NCBI GenBank assembly: GCA_030167865.1
Contig: JALAGF010001966.1
Location: 1-33,466 of the forward strand
From: Craspedostauros australis
Taxonomy: Eukaryota
DNA length: 33,466 bases
Direction: 5' to 3'
Part shown: piece by piece, positions 1-11,416 of the stretch
Layout: each line of letters starts with the position of its first letter
Numbering within the stretch: the stretch's first letter is position 1
Notes under the pieces: model-generated
Seen by the model: only the letters and a program-made list of their open reading frames with translations
Told to the model about the DNA's origin: nothing
Database searches by the model: none
Made by a program: the position numbers and the translations under genes

Positions 1-16
1 GACCTTTGTCGGACTA

Positions 17-193
17 TGGTACTTTCATCGAACTGGTCTTAGTTTCATCGAACTGGTCGTACTTTCATCGAACAGGTGTTACTTTCATCGAACAGGTGTT
101 ACTTTCATCGAACTGGTGGTACTTTCATCGAACTGGTGGTACTTTCATCGAAGTGATGGTACTTTCATCGAACTGGTGGTACTTTCATCGAAC
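17..193. repeat. 20-bp tandem minisatellite, about 9 copies, consensus ACTTTCATCGAACTGGTGGT
   Basis: Units start every 20 nt at 21, 41, ... 181. ACTTTCATCGAA is almost invariant (one AGTTTC variant), and the last 8 nt vary (CTGGTCTT, CAGGTGTT, CTGGTGGT, GTGATGGT). Confidence 0.95.
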
Positions 194-1241
194 TTGTGTT
201 CGTTGGAAGGTGTTCGGTATTCAAACGAAATGACGTTAAATGCGTTAAACTACAAATTCAATGGTGGTCCATTGAGTCCACCCAGATTTCGTTTGGGGCA
301 TTTTGGGATTAGTCCATGTGGTCGAACGCAAACGGCATAGAGTTTCAGCCAAATTCCCGTGTCTTGCTGTGCCCTTGTCTTTCTTCGCACAATGGAACGC
401 CAGCAACACGCTGTGTCTCCAAACGCTTTGGTTTGGGCTCGTGTTTCACTCATCAAAGACTGCTTGTTCACAAGTAAGTCAACTTCTACGAGTGGAGCAT
501 AGAGTAGAGTGCAGATCGTGGAGCGGAGCAATCTATTGTACTCAACTGTTTCAATAACACTTGATTGAATACAGAAGAAAGTCTGACACTTTCTTCAAAC
601 CCCTGTTTTATTTCATATCACTCCACGTTAGTGTCGTGCTGTCCAACAAACAGGCTGGTGTTGCCACACCAACACAAACAGCATGGCTCGTGAAGAAGTG
701 TGCAACAAGTCTAAAAAGATAAGTCTAGAAATGCACCAAATTGGCGAAGTCGAACAGTCGCGTCAAAGGAATCGTATTCTTCCACGCAACATCAATAATA
801 GTTGATTGGTTCGGACAGATCATTTATGCCAAGTACGACTACATTGAGCCTACCCGACGTCTCTCGGACTTCAATCGGACATGAAAGATATCAATGACGA
901 TCGATAAAGAACAGCGTGGAATGGTGAAGGGCCACTCACGGATACAATCGTGCGAAAATGATGGGCAACCAAACAGTCGTTTCGCATCGTCTTGGTTGTT
1001 TGCGAGACGTCGAGATGTGTTCTGCTCAGCGCCAATTTCGTTGTGCTGACAGCAAACACTTCTGCCCCCTCCCCACCATCGACATGGCGGTCGTCGTCAA
1101 TCACAGCTCGTATCTGCACAACCAACCAACCGGGCAGAGTGGAAGTGTGGGAAGAGCCGAAGGGATTCTCCGAGCAGTGGACTTTTTGTGTTCCATTGGT
1201 GATAGCAAGCCTTCCACTCCGCGTGCATTGCGTCATCAAGC

Positions 1242-3503
1242 ATGGATCATGCAGACGGCGAAGCTACACCATCGCGTGCCAATCGCATCGACCATGCTGC
1301 CAACATCACGCACATACCGCTTCATGATCTCGTCCAGCATGAGCTCAGCGGCGCAACAACGGAGATGCAACGGCAGCGCAGCAATGTGGCGCTGCGCAGG
1401 TGGTCGGAGCAGATCTTGGCAGTGACGGATGAGGACCAAGCAAGTACACAGACACCTGCTACAAGTAGTGGCTACTGCAGCAGGGACGATCCATCGAGCA
1501 TTAGCAGCGCCCAGGAAAGTACCAACCAAGAGCATGGTCTTGGGCGTGGACATGAACTTGGACATGAACTTGGATGTGGAAGCAACGACAGTTTAGATTA
1601 CGACAAGAAGAGTTTGGAGGAATTTGAGCGCCATCCAACCGCGAGTCGTCAGGAACGAACCACCAACCCACGCACTAGCAGCTGCGAGTCTAGATCATCA
1701 TCATCATCATCATCGCAGAATTCACATAGCAACACACAGAAAGAGGACGAAGGAGCGGCCAGGACGACTGCAGCGGCAGCAGCAACCAGAGGAGCAACAG
1801 GCAGCGCCGCAACTGTCACCGTTGCCACTGCAGTTTCGCTCGGTGATATTGAAACGCAGGTGCGGCAGGAGATTTTGGATACCGCTGTCGCCGCGACTGC
1901 GGTGAGTGCAATGCAACGCGATGGCAGTTCGAAGCAAATGGACGATGCCAAGGATCCGCCTGTGAGCGAAAGTTTCCCATCCGAACGCAATTACAGGCGC
2001 TGTTACATCATCTTGTTCGTGTTCACGTCGTGCGTATTCCTCATCATCGGGGTCGTCTTGGGTGCTGTCATTGCGACTCGAAGCCCGGCCAGAAGCGACC
2101 AGAGATTCGTCGATTCGCCAGACGAGAGCAACGACGAGAGCAACGATAATGACCATGGCAGCAACAGGACCGACAGTCGTGATGGCAGCAGGTCCGACAG
2201 CGACGAAGGCGATGGACCGGATGACGGCGACGTGCAGATGCAGCCTGTCAATGATACGGATGCGGACCTTGTCAATGAAGTTCCCTTCCCGCAGCTGGAG
2301 CAGGATCTGTTCGACTTCCTTCGAGCCAGCTCGCCCGATCCCAATGCGTTGCTGGATCCAGAATCACCGGCGTACCGGGCGTACCAATGGCTCATCCCTG
2401 CCACAGAAGCGCAGGATTTGGAGCCCGAATACTCCCACAGGGTGCTTCATCCATTCGCGATGGTGACATTCTACTACGCAACCAACGGCGATGAATGGGA
2501 CATCAACGACAACTGGTTGGACTATGGTACGCCGCTGTGTCGCTGGTGGACGTCCATATCACCCTCCATACGCTGCGGCCAGTCCGCCACGCTGACCAAC
2601 ATCGCCAACCTCAGCTTGATGAACAACAACCTCAACGGCTACATCCCTGCCGAACTGGCCTTGCTCGAAGACCTGCGCGTCCTCAACCTCGACGGCAACA
2701 ACCTGGGACAGCACAAGGACTTCGTGCAGGTCCCGTACTCGCAACAGTTGCAACCCACATCGATACGTGCCCTGCGTGGACTGCGCAAACTGGAAATCCT
2801 GCATCTCAGCAATGCCAACCTCGGCGGCATCCTGCCACCGGAACTGAGCCGCATCGAAACCTTGCAGATCATCAGGCTGCGTAACAATCAGCTCGTTGGC
2901 CAGATCCCAGCAACGTATCGCCAATTCCAGCACCTGAAAACGTTGGATCTGTCCCAGAATCAACTTGCTTCGGCACTTCCGGACGGGTTGGGTGATTTGC
3001 CTTCCATTGGTACGTAGGTAGTGTGATGTACGAGTACGATCGACTCGCACCCGGCGACTGTCTGCACCGCACCGTACATACTTGTATTGCAGGGTGGGTG
3101 GGGGGCTTGTCAGATTTCTTTTGTCTGGCTTGTGTGATGGTTTGGTCCAATGTCAGAGATAATGTCAACGTCGTGGCCAGAGCACACCCCTCCAAACTTA
3201 TGCGTCTTCTGACTGTGTGGCTCTGTCACCTTTCCTTCTCAAACGCCCTCCTTCACTGCGCTATTCTCCTCCCGTCGCTGCACAGAGGTTGTGGACCTTC
3301 ACGGCAACCAACTGAACGGGACCATCCCAGAGTCTTACGCGGCATGGAACAACACACTCCAATCGTTTGTAGCATACGGCAACGGGCTGACCGGATCCGC
3401 GGATGCAATGTGTCGCTCTTTGACGAGTGATGATGCATCACTCACCGACATCCTGGTGCTGGATTGTAAAGTCGATTGTGCCTGCTGCGCGAGCTGCAGC
3501 TAG
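1242..3503 (+). CDS. Type II membrane leucine-rich-repeat receptor-like protein (diatom type), about 661 aa, 2 exons
   Basis: Exons 1242-3009 and 3286-3503; phase-1 intron 3010-3285 (GTACGT...CACAG). Splicing restores the repeat LGDLPSI|EVVDLHGNQLNGTIP. The protein has a low-complexity N-terminus, a TM helix (CYIILFVFTSCVFLIIGVVLGAVIA) after RR, an acidic stalk, an N-cap (FYYATNGDEW...NWL...CRW...C), plant-type LxxLxLxxNxLxGxIP repeats and a C-cap (DCKVDCACCASCS). No kinase domain. Confidence 0.9.
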
Positions 3504-6413
3504 AGAGAGAACGGCGGTGTGATGCTGGGTGTCATGGAACCATCGGAAGAATGCCAACCTGGGGTATTTCGAACCCATGGCGGAGTAAAAGTGCAGGGGG
3601 CAGATGCAACCATGGGCCAAACGTTCGTTTTGGGAAGGCAGACAGAGAGCAACATAGAGCACAGCACGGCACAACACGAAGCAGCAGCATTGTGCGACTA
3701 TTCGAATGCACGGTGCGAGCCAATAGAGCGCTTGGTCGTATGGATTGCTTCAAATGATGGGCCCAAACATTGATGTCCAATCTGGCCCTGCCTCTTGATC
3801 TCAACACACGAGTATGACCAAGGATACTTGTAGAATGCTCTGGACTTGATACGATCGGTAGCTTTTTTACAGGCAACAGTTGTACAGAATACTTCAGATT
3901 CTACCTTGGAGCGCTCTTCTACCTACTTTTACTCATGGCAGGCCAATTGATAAATAGTAGAGCATGATCAGAAGGCGCCATCATGGCGCCGCTTCACACT
4001 TCAACGAATGGGGCCATCAAGGCTGAAGCACACTCGTGCGAATGGCGAGCCTGTTAGGTTTCTACCTGTCCCATGCCCATTGTACCCCAAGGTAACGGCG
4101 ACCCACAACTTCGAGTAGAACATCAGCCAGATTCAATCGGGAGGACTCCTGCTCGGCAGACTCATAGAGATCATGGGAATGTTGACGCTCGGATAGTGCC
4201 CTTGCGGGTTGACCGATGGCAGGAGCGTACGAGGAGCACAAGATGTCGGAGCACATCACAGGCTGCGATGCGAGAAGGCACAGATCTAGATGGAAGCGTG
4301 CCATAGATACGAATGCGAATTGATGGGCATGGGCGGCCATCTCCATGTCTGCATCCATCTTCGCGCTGCCAAAGAATACGAAGTTGAGGTGCCAAAAGTC
4401 TGAATAGATGCGGCGAGGCCCCCGCTGCTTCCATGTTCGGTGTGTTCGACAAAAGGAAAGAAATCTGTGCTGATCGCAGTGGCATTGGTGCTGCGAGTGC
4501 GGACAAGGCCAGGCACGGCTATGATCGCCCCGAGATGAGGGCAGCATGCTCAGTAAATGGACCATGCAATACACATGCAAGGAATGGAAGAGTCTGACAA
4601 GGCCCATCGCGGCAACACAAGGCAGGTACTCCAGAGTAGGAAGAGGCGGCAAAGGAGAAACAAGAGGGTGAGTCAGACGCGCTCAAGACGAAGGGCTTTG
4701 TGTCTGTCAGTGGTCTTGGTGCTCCCTCCCTCTCGCTCTGTCTCTCTCCTTGGGAGCAATGGTGTCTCTCGGATTGTGCTTTGCTTTGGATTGCGTTCGT
4801 TGCTTCGTCAGTTGATCGGAACTCCTCTTTCCATGGTTTGCCTTCATCGAATAGCGCCAAATACACTTTTCGAGTGATCTTGCGAACTTCGTCACGAACA
4901 TCCGTGTGCCTTCGTTTGGAAGTAATATCGAACTCGTCCATGGTGATTGCTTGACTGCTACGTCCTCAATTGTGGAATTCTTCGTGATTCCTTAGCGCGC
5001 AGCGAACGAACGCAAGAGACATAAACTACCTGAAAGAGACATTGATGTCCATTTCTACCCTCGTTGTGCATGTTTGTTTCACGCCACAACTCAGAAATTC
5101 AACATCTGATGACATCGGTCATAGTGTCCCTTGGGGATTTTGTGTCAAGACCAAACTCGATTAATTATGGATTGACACCGACATGCCATTCTCCAATCAG
5201 TTCACTGATCACATGAACGTGTTTGATGGACGTGTTTGATGGACGTGAGATTCGACCCATCACACAATAAATGCTCGATGCCGTTTTGTGCAAATGGCAA
5301 ACTTCGTCGTTGGTCTTGCACCACCGGCTCCATCGATGTCCCTCCAAGACCCAATGGAAATAAATGCTCGCGATTTCCAACACTCCGACGCAGAATCCCG
5401 GCGACCCCACTCTCTTTTCTTTGTCCCCGCCATCTCTTCCAACCTTGGGTCGCCGTCCGCGCTGCCCAGCAGCATTCGTCCGTTCGCACCACGCAATGTG
5501 CGCGTACGGCAACATACCCACCCGGACGAGGACGCTGTTGGGATTGACCTATCAGCCAACAGGAAGGTTCACCCGGTTATTACAGCGACTGAAATGCGAA
5601 AGATGTTGCTTCACATAAACTTCAATCCTAATGTCTCGTTGAGGAAACGGTCTTTCATCTTTCGTTTTGTGGTTGCCTTCACCGCAGCCACAGGCAACAC
5701 TTATCTCCATCTCAATCGCTCAAACACTGCTCCACGGAGATTTGGCTTCCATAAACGAAAGAGCAGGAGGACATTGATCGTCCGCTGGATCGTGCAAGTA
5801 CCGCATTCACACTGTATTGCGATCCCAGCGACAACATACCATCCTACGGAACTCCAAGAAACGAAATCGCAATCTCAATCCCAATCGTAGCCACGTCGGC
5901 AACCACAATCCCCGCCTCCTCGAACACAACTTCAGAAGAAAAGAAAAGAAACCGCGACACTGGCGACACTGACGACAGCAGCGCCACCAAGACACAGCGG
6001 ACAAGGTACGAGCAAGAGGAGAGAGCACACTCCAACGGAGCAAGCCACCGCTGCGGAATACCAATACACAAGAATTCCCACAACATCAGTTCCACCGGAC
6101 GGTAGTGCCCCGGTTCCGTTTCGAGCTCATTTCTGCCCTTGTCGCGCCAACATTCCATCCCACAACAAATCCACCGCCCTGTTTTGCACCATCGAGAACT
6201 TGCTCCATACCATACTCCCACAACATTCGCAAGAGCAAGTTACAACGCGTACTCGTGCGTGTACTCACAGGCGGACAACAAAACAAATCCACAGCAATCG
6301 TGGTTACCATACTCGTACTCCTCCTTCGTATCCACCAGTCCGGCACGTGCACACAACAATTCCCACACCTGTCACGCAGCGCGGGAAGGAGAAGAATCTC
6401 GAACGGCGACACC

Positions 6414-9400
6414 ATGAGTCCTTTGGAAGCACATAATTCGCCAAGGACCACGAGTCGACGGAGCTTCGCAGGAGATCGATTGGCGTCCGTATCCACCGCA
6501 GCATCAACGTCATCGTCAACCGGACGCAGGTCTATCTTCGGCGGGATCGGTCTTACAATCTTCTCTGCCATGAAGCCCAAAACTGAACGGGACAACTCGG
6601 GCTCCGGCACCGGCACAGGCTCCCTCCAGGACGTCGACAGCGACGACTCGTCGTATTCGACGACCGACATCCACGATGGCGCAGCCGCGGCCAGCAGTGG
6701 AATGAACGGTTCCACTAAGAATCTGCAGGTCGGCCGGTCGCTCTTTGGGTACAGCTCTTCGGTGGACCAAGCAGATGACGACAACAACGATGAACATAAC
6801 TCAGCCAACAACAACAGCCGCAACGGGGGTCTCTCCTCCTCGCAAACAACCAACAGCGCCGGGGTCCACTCCGAGAACTCCTCCTCGGGCTCCTCATACA
6901 CGGACCCGCACAACAGGCACAACGCAGAATCCAAACACGTCGGGTGGCTGCGCTCGATCATGTTCCTCACCCTCGTCGTCGCCGCGGCCCTCGTGGGCTT
7001 CGCCATGTTCTGGTCTCTGCGCCGCAGCCAGAAGGAGCAGTTCGAAATCCACTTCGAGGATCACTCCACCACCATCATCGACGCCTTCACAACGCACTGG
7101 AAGTCCAGCATGGCAGCCCTGGATGGCATGGCGATCCAGATCCTCAGCCACGCCAAATCGGCCAACTCCACATGGCCCATGGTCGTCATGCCAGACTTCG
7201 AGGTGCGAGCCGCCGCCGCAAGACGCCTCGGTCTGTTCACGACCCTATCCTTCGTTCCTTTCGTGCCAGACGACGATGCCCGTGCGAAGTTCGAACAGTT
7301 CTGCATCCAGAACACAGAATGGGTAGCACGTGGGAGACAGTTCGAAAGCGCGACCGATCAGGACAGCTGGAAGTTCGGTAACTTCCACAAGGAGGAGGGA
7401 GATGACGCCGAGGCTGAGACAGCCGGAAACTCTGCAGGGATCACGGCAACCGCAACGGCAGCAGCAACACCAGGGGACAATCGAGCGCTATCATCGGCGC
7501 AGAAGGCCAGAGCATCTCACTCCCCACACTCCTGGCGCCATCTTGTTGGTCTTGTTTCGGAATCACAATTTCCGCACCAAGACCAAAAGGTGCGCGGATC
7601 TTACTCGGGATTGACAAGTCGTGGGATACTTCAAGTCCCGGATACTTTTTCAAATCACGATTCCGATGCGAAGCACAAGGAATTTGCCGCAAGCAGAAAG
7701 CTGGACAACAACCGAAACGAGCCCATCAAAATCGTCGATGGCATCGCGGATGGGATTTGGGAGCTGGATCTCGAGAATGGCGGTGGCAAGTACGCACCGT
7801 ACACCGGCGGTCCGTACCTCCCCATCTGGCAACACTCTCGCGTGGATGCTTTCACCAACTACAACCTGATGTCAGATCCCTCAGTTGGCAAGACCACCTT
7901 ACTGGCGATCGAGAATCAGGAGATGATTGTCTCCGACACCATCTTTCTGGCGGACGTCATCGACTCCGAGACGGGCAAGAATGCGGCCGACTCCCCAGCA
8001 TCGGCCATCCGATACCCGCTCGTGCAGCGGGTGGAGCAGGCGAAGTCCGCCAACGCTGACGGCACTGCGGCAGAAGCCGTGTACGAAGCTGTCGGGGTCC
8101 TCTCCGCCACGATGTACTGGGACTCGTACATGCAGGTCGGGCAATTGCCGGAGACTGCCGAGGGCATCGACGTCGTCCTGAAGAACGCCTGCGACCAGAG
8201 TTTCACGTTCACCGTAATCGACGGCGACATCCTCTTCCAGGCCAAAGGTGATCTGCACTCTCAAGATTTCGACGACTTCGAGGAAGTCTTCGTGCTTGAG
8301 GATATCTTCCAGGAGGGATCGTACAACGACAGTCCTGGCGACTACAACTTTGGGCGATTCGAGGTGCCGTTCATCGGCTTCTCGAGCGTCAACTTCTCCG
8401 ACAACTATTGCAAGTACTCTCTGCACATCTACCCGTCGCATCAAATGAGGCAACGGTATGTGACGGACGAGGACCCGTTCCTGTACACCGGGTTGGTCGT
8501 TGCCGTCGTCATCTTCACATCGTTCATGTTCGTCGGCTACGATTGGTTCGTCGAGCGACGCCAACGTGTGGTCGTCAACAGCGCGGCGAAGAGCCACGCC
8601 ATCGTATCATCCTTGTTCCCCAGAAACGTTCGCAAGCGTCTCTTCGAGGACATCAACGGCGAAAAGGATGCGAAGAACAGGCCGAGCAGGGCCAGTGATG
8701 GACAGGCCGCTGGCAATGGCGGTCAATCCCACGCCATCCTGACGACCCAAAAGGCCAAGCTGAGGAACCTCCTTTCCACCAACCGCGAGTCGACGAAGTC
8801 CACCGTCCAGGATGATTCCCCCTCGTCGTCGACCACCGGCCAAGGCTCCCACGGCGGAATTCAGAGCAAGCCCATCGCTGATCTATTCCCGAACACAACG
8901 GTGCTCTTTGCGGACATCGCGGGATTCACAGCTTGGTCATCGACCCGAGAGCCCTCGCAAGTGTTCACGCTGCTCGAATCCATCTACGGTGCATTCGATG
9001 CCATCGCCGACCGTCGCAAGGTCTTCAAGGTGGAGACGATCGGCGATTGCTACATGGCAGTGACGGGGCTGCCGGACATCCAGCCCGATCACGCCCTCAT
9101 CATGGCCAAGTTCGCCTGCGCTGCACTCCAACGTATGGCCACCATCACCGGCAAGTTGGCAGTTGAACTTGGGCCCGACACCACTGAGCTGGCCATGCGC
9201 ATCGGCCTTCATTCGGGACCGGTGACGGCTGGAGTGCTGCGTGGCCAAAAGTCGCGATTCCAGCTGTTTGGAGACACCGTCAACACGGCAAGTCGGATGG
9301 AAAGCACGGGGCTTCCCAATCACATCCAATGCACGCAAGAGACAGCTGACCTCCTCACCCATCATGGCAAGCCGCACTGGATTACACCTCGCAAGGACCA

Positions 9401-11026
9401 GATTCATGCCAAGGGCAAGGGAACTATTCAGACGTAAGTTGATTCGTTGGTTGGTTGGTTGATTCGTTGGTTGGTTGGTTGATTCGTTGGTTGGTGGATC
9501 GCTTGCGTGCGTGCTTGCTTGCTTGATCTGCGATGTGGTTTGGATTGGATTGGATTGGATTTGGTGTTGCAGCCTGCAGATGCACTCACTCGGATACTCC
9601 TTATATTGTTGCATTTCTTTCTATACTCCGATGTTGTTCATCCGGTATGCGTAGTTTCTGGGTGGCATCCAAGCGCGTGGGGGCGCTCGCCGCGTCCGGT
9701 CCATCGCAGGAATTCGTCAAGCCGCCGACATCACGCCCAGCGTTGCAGCTCAGCGGCTTCGTGCCTGGGCGTGATGAGCAGGACGCGAGCCCATCGGTCT
9801 TGAACTTCCAACGCATGGTCAACTGGAACGTCGATCTGCTGTCGAGGCTGCTCAAACGGGTCGTGGTGAGACAAATAAGCATCAAGGAGCAGCAGCGCAA
9901 ATCTTACATCGCAACAGCGCTCATGCCCGATCTGAAGCACCGAGGCTCGGCCTCCTCCAAGGCAACAGACCAAGGCGCTGCGAAGGCCAAGCATCCGCGC
10001 GAAGAGTACGCAGAATTCATCAAGATGCCACGGTTCGATGCAACCTCAGCCATGCCGCCTCTGGATCCGGATTCCATCGACCTCGGCCCGAAGGTGCATC
10101 AGCAGCTGAAGGACTACATCACACAGATCGCATGCTCGTATCGTCAGAATCCATTCCATAACTACGATCATGCCAGCCACGTCACGATGTCTGCGAATAA
10201 GATTCTGATGCGCGTCGTCTCCGCCGAAGGCTGCGAGACGCGGCCTTCCACCGTCAACCAGGCAGCCGCGACGTTGCATGATTACACCTTCGGCATCACG
10301 TCGGATCCGCTCACTCACTTCGCCTGCGTCTTTGCTGCGCTGATCCACGATGTGGACCACCCAGGCGTCTCCAACGGGCAGCTCATCAAAGAGAACGATC
10401 CCTTGGCAGCAAAATACAACAAGAAGAGCGTGGCCGAGCAAAACTCCCTCGATCTGGCCTGGGGGCTCTTCATGACCAAGGATTTTGCAGATCTGCGAAA
10501 CTGCATGTTCCACACGCAGGAGGATCAACATCGATTCCGTCAGCTTCTCGTGAACAGCTTGCTGGCGACGGATATCTTCGATCCGGAGCTCAAGGCCCTG
10601 CGCAACAAGCGTTGGGAGAAAGCATTCGCGAACGGAACTCGCAGTGACAGCAGCGAGAGCGTCGACCTGAAGGCGACCATCGTCATCGAACACATCCTCC
10701 AGGCCGCCGATGTCAGCCACACTATGCAGCATTGGCATGTCTACCAGAAGTGGAACCGTCGATTGTTCTTCGAGATGTACACGTCGTATCAGATGGGGAG
10801 GTTGCAGGGAGATCCATCCGTCTCGTGGTACAAAGGTGAGCTGTGGTTCTTTGACAACTATGTCATCCCGTTGGCAGAGAAGCTGAAGGAGTGCGGGGTG
10901 TTCGGCGTTTCCAGCGACGAGTTCTTGAACTACGCGAGGATGAATCGATCGGAGTGGGCGCAGAAGGGCGAACGGATTGTCGCGGCCATGAAGCGGGAGT
11001 TTGACGGGGAAGATGACAAGGAGTAG
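6414..11026 (+). CDS. Receptor-type class III (guanylate-like) cyclase / class I phosphodiesterase fusion, about 1463 aa, 2 exons
   Basis: Likely start ACCATG at 6414 (the ORF track start at 6105 is GTG). Exons 6414-9433 and 9655-11026; phase-2 intron 9434-9654 (GTAAGT...GTAG) restores KGKGTIQT|FW. Two TM helices (about 6940-7020 and 8478-8550) enclose a sensor-like ectodomain. Cyclase motifs: FADIAGFT, KVETIGDCYM, RIGLHSGPV, LFGDTVNTASRMES. PDE motifs: PFHNYDHASHV, IHDVDHPGVSN, LATD, AADVS. Confidence 0.93.
9441..9564. repeat. Intronic simple repeats: (GATTCGTTGGTTGGTTGGTT)x~2.7 and (TGGAT)x4
   Basis: Read directly at 9441-9495 and 9541-9560, inside the intron of the first cyclase/PDE gene. 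Confidence 0.85.
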
Positions 11027-11416
11027 AAAGCGAACGAAGCAACGGACGCTTCGTGCTTGCATGCTCTACGTACGAGTATCTGCATCGCAGGAGCCCAGGG
11101 TTTTGGTATAGTACATAGTTACACGTAAAGTGTTGAATAAAGGAAGACCAGTTATATGATTCTATTAGATGATTGTGGTGGACTCCAGCGAGAGATAGTG
11201 CATACTCGATTGTTGGTAGTGAGTGCACGCATGGTATTATACACATAATTTTCATGTATTGCTAGCTGTCGCAGAGTCCGACTCTCCCGTCTTTCCATTG
11301 TTGCATGGTTGGATGTGCCGCTGGCACAGGAGTATGGTAGATACTTGCAGTGCTGCCATAGGTGCTAGCGGATTTCTGCCTCGCCGAACTTCGCGCCTTT
11401 TTCCAATCTACCATCG

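Noticed and set aside
17..193. CRISPR-like array, and ORFs 6-233 and 116-340
   Set aside because: The period is only 20 bp with no unique spacers, there are no cas genes, and the context is eukaryotic. The ORFs are translations of the repeat.
5165..5890. ORFs of 100-200 codons upstream of the first cyclase/PDE
   Set aside because: No recognisable domain or coherent gene structure.
6105..6413. N-terminal 103 codons of the 1110-aa ORF
   Set aside because: It begins at GTG and reads like CA-rich 5' UTR or promoter sequence. The first ATG in good context is 6414.
9533..9654. Stand-alone PDE genes (ORFs 9533-11026 and 16100-14391)
   Set aside because: Their N-termini are intron sequence. Splicing joins each to the upstream cyclase and restores the KGKGxxxT[FY]W motif.
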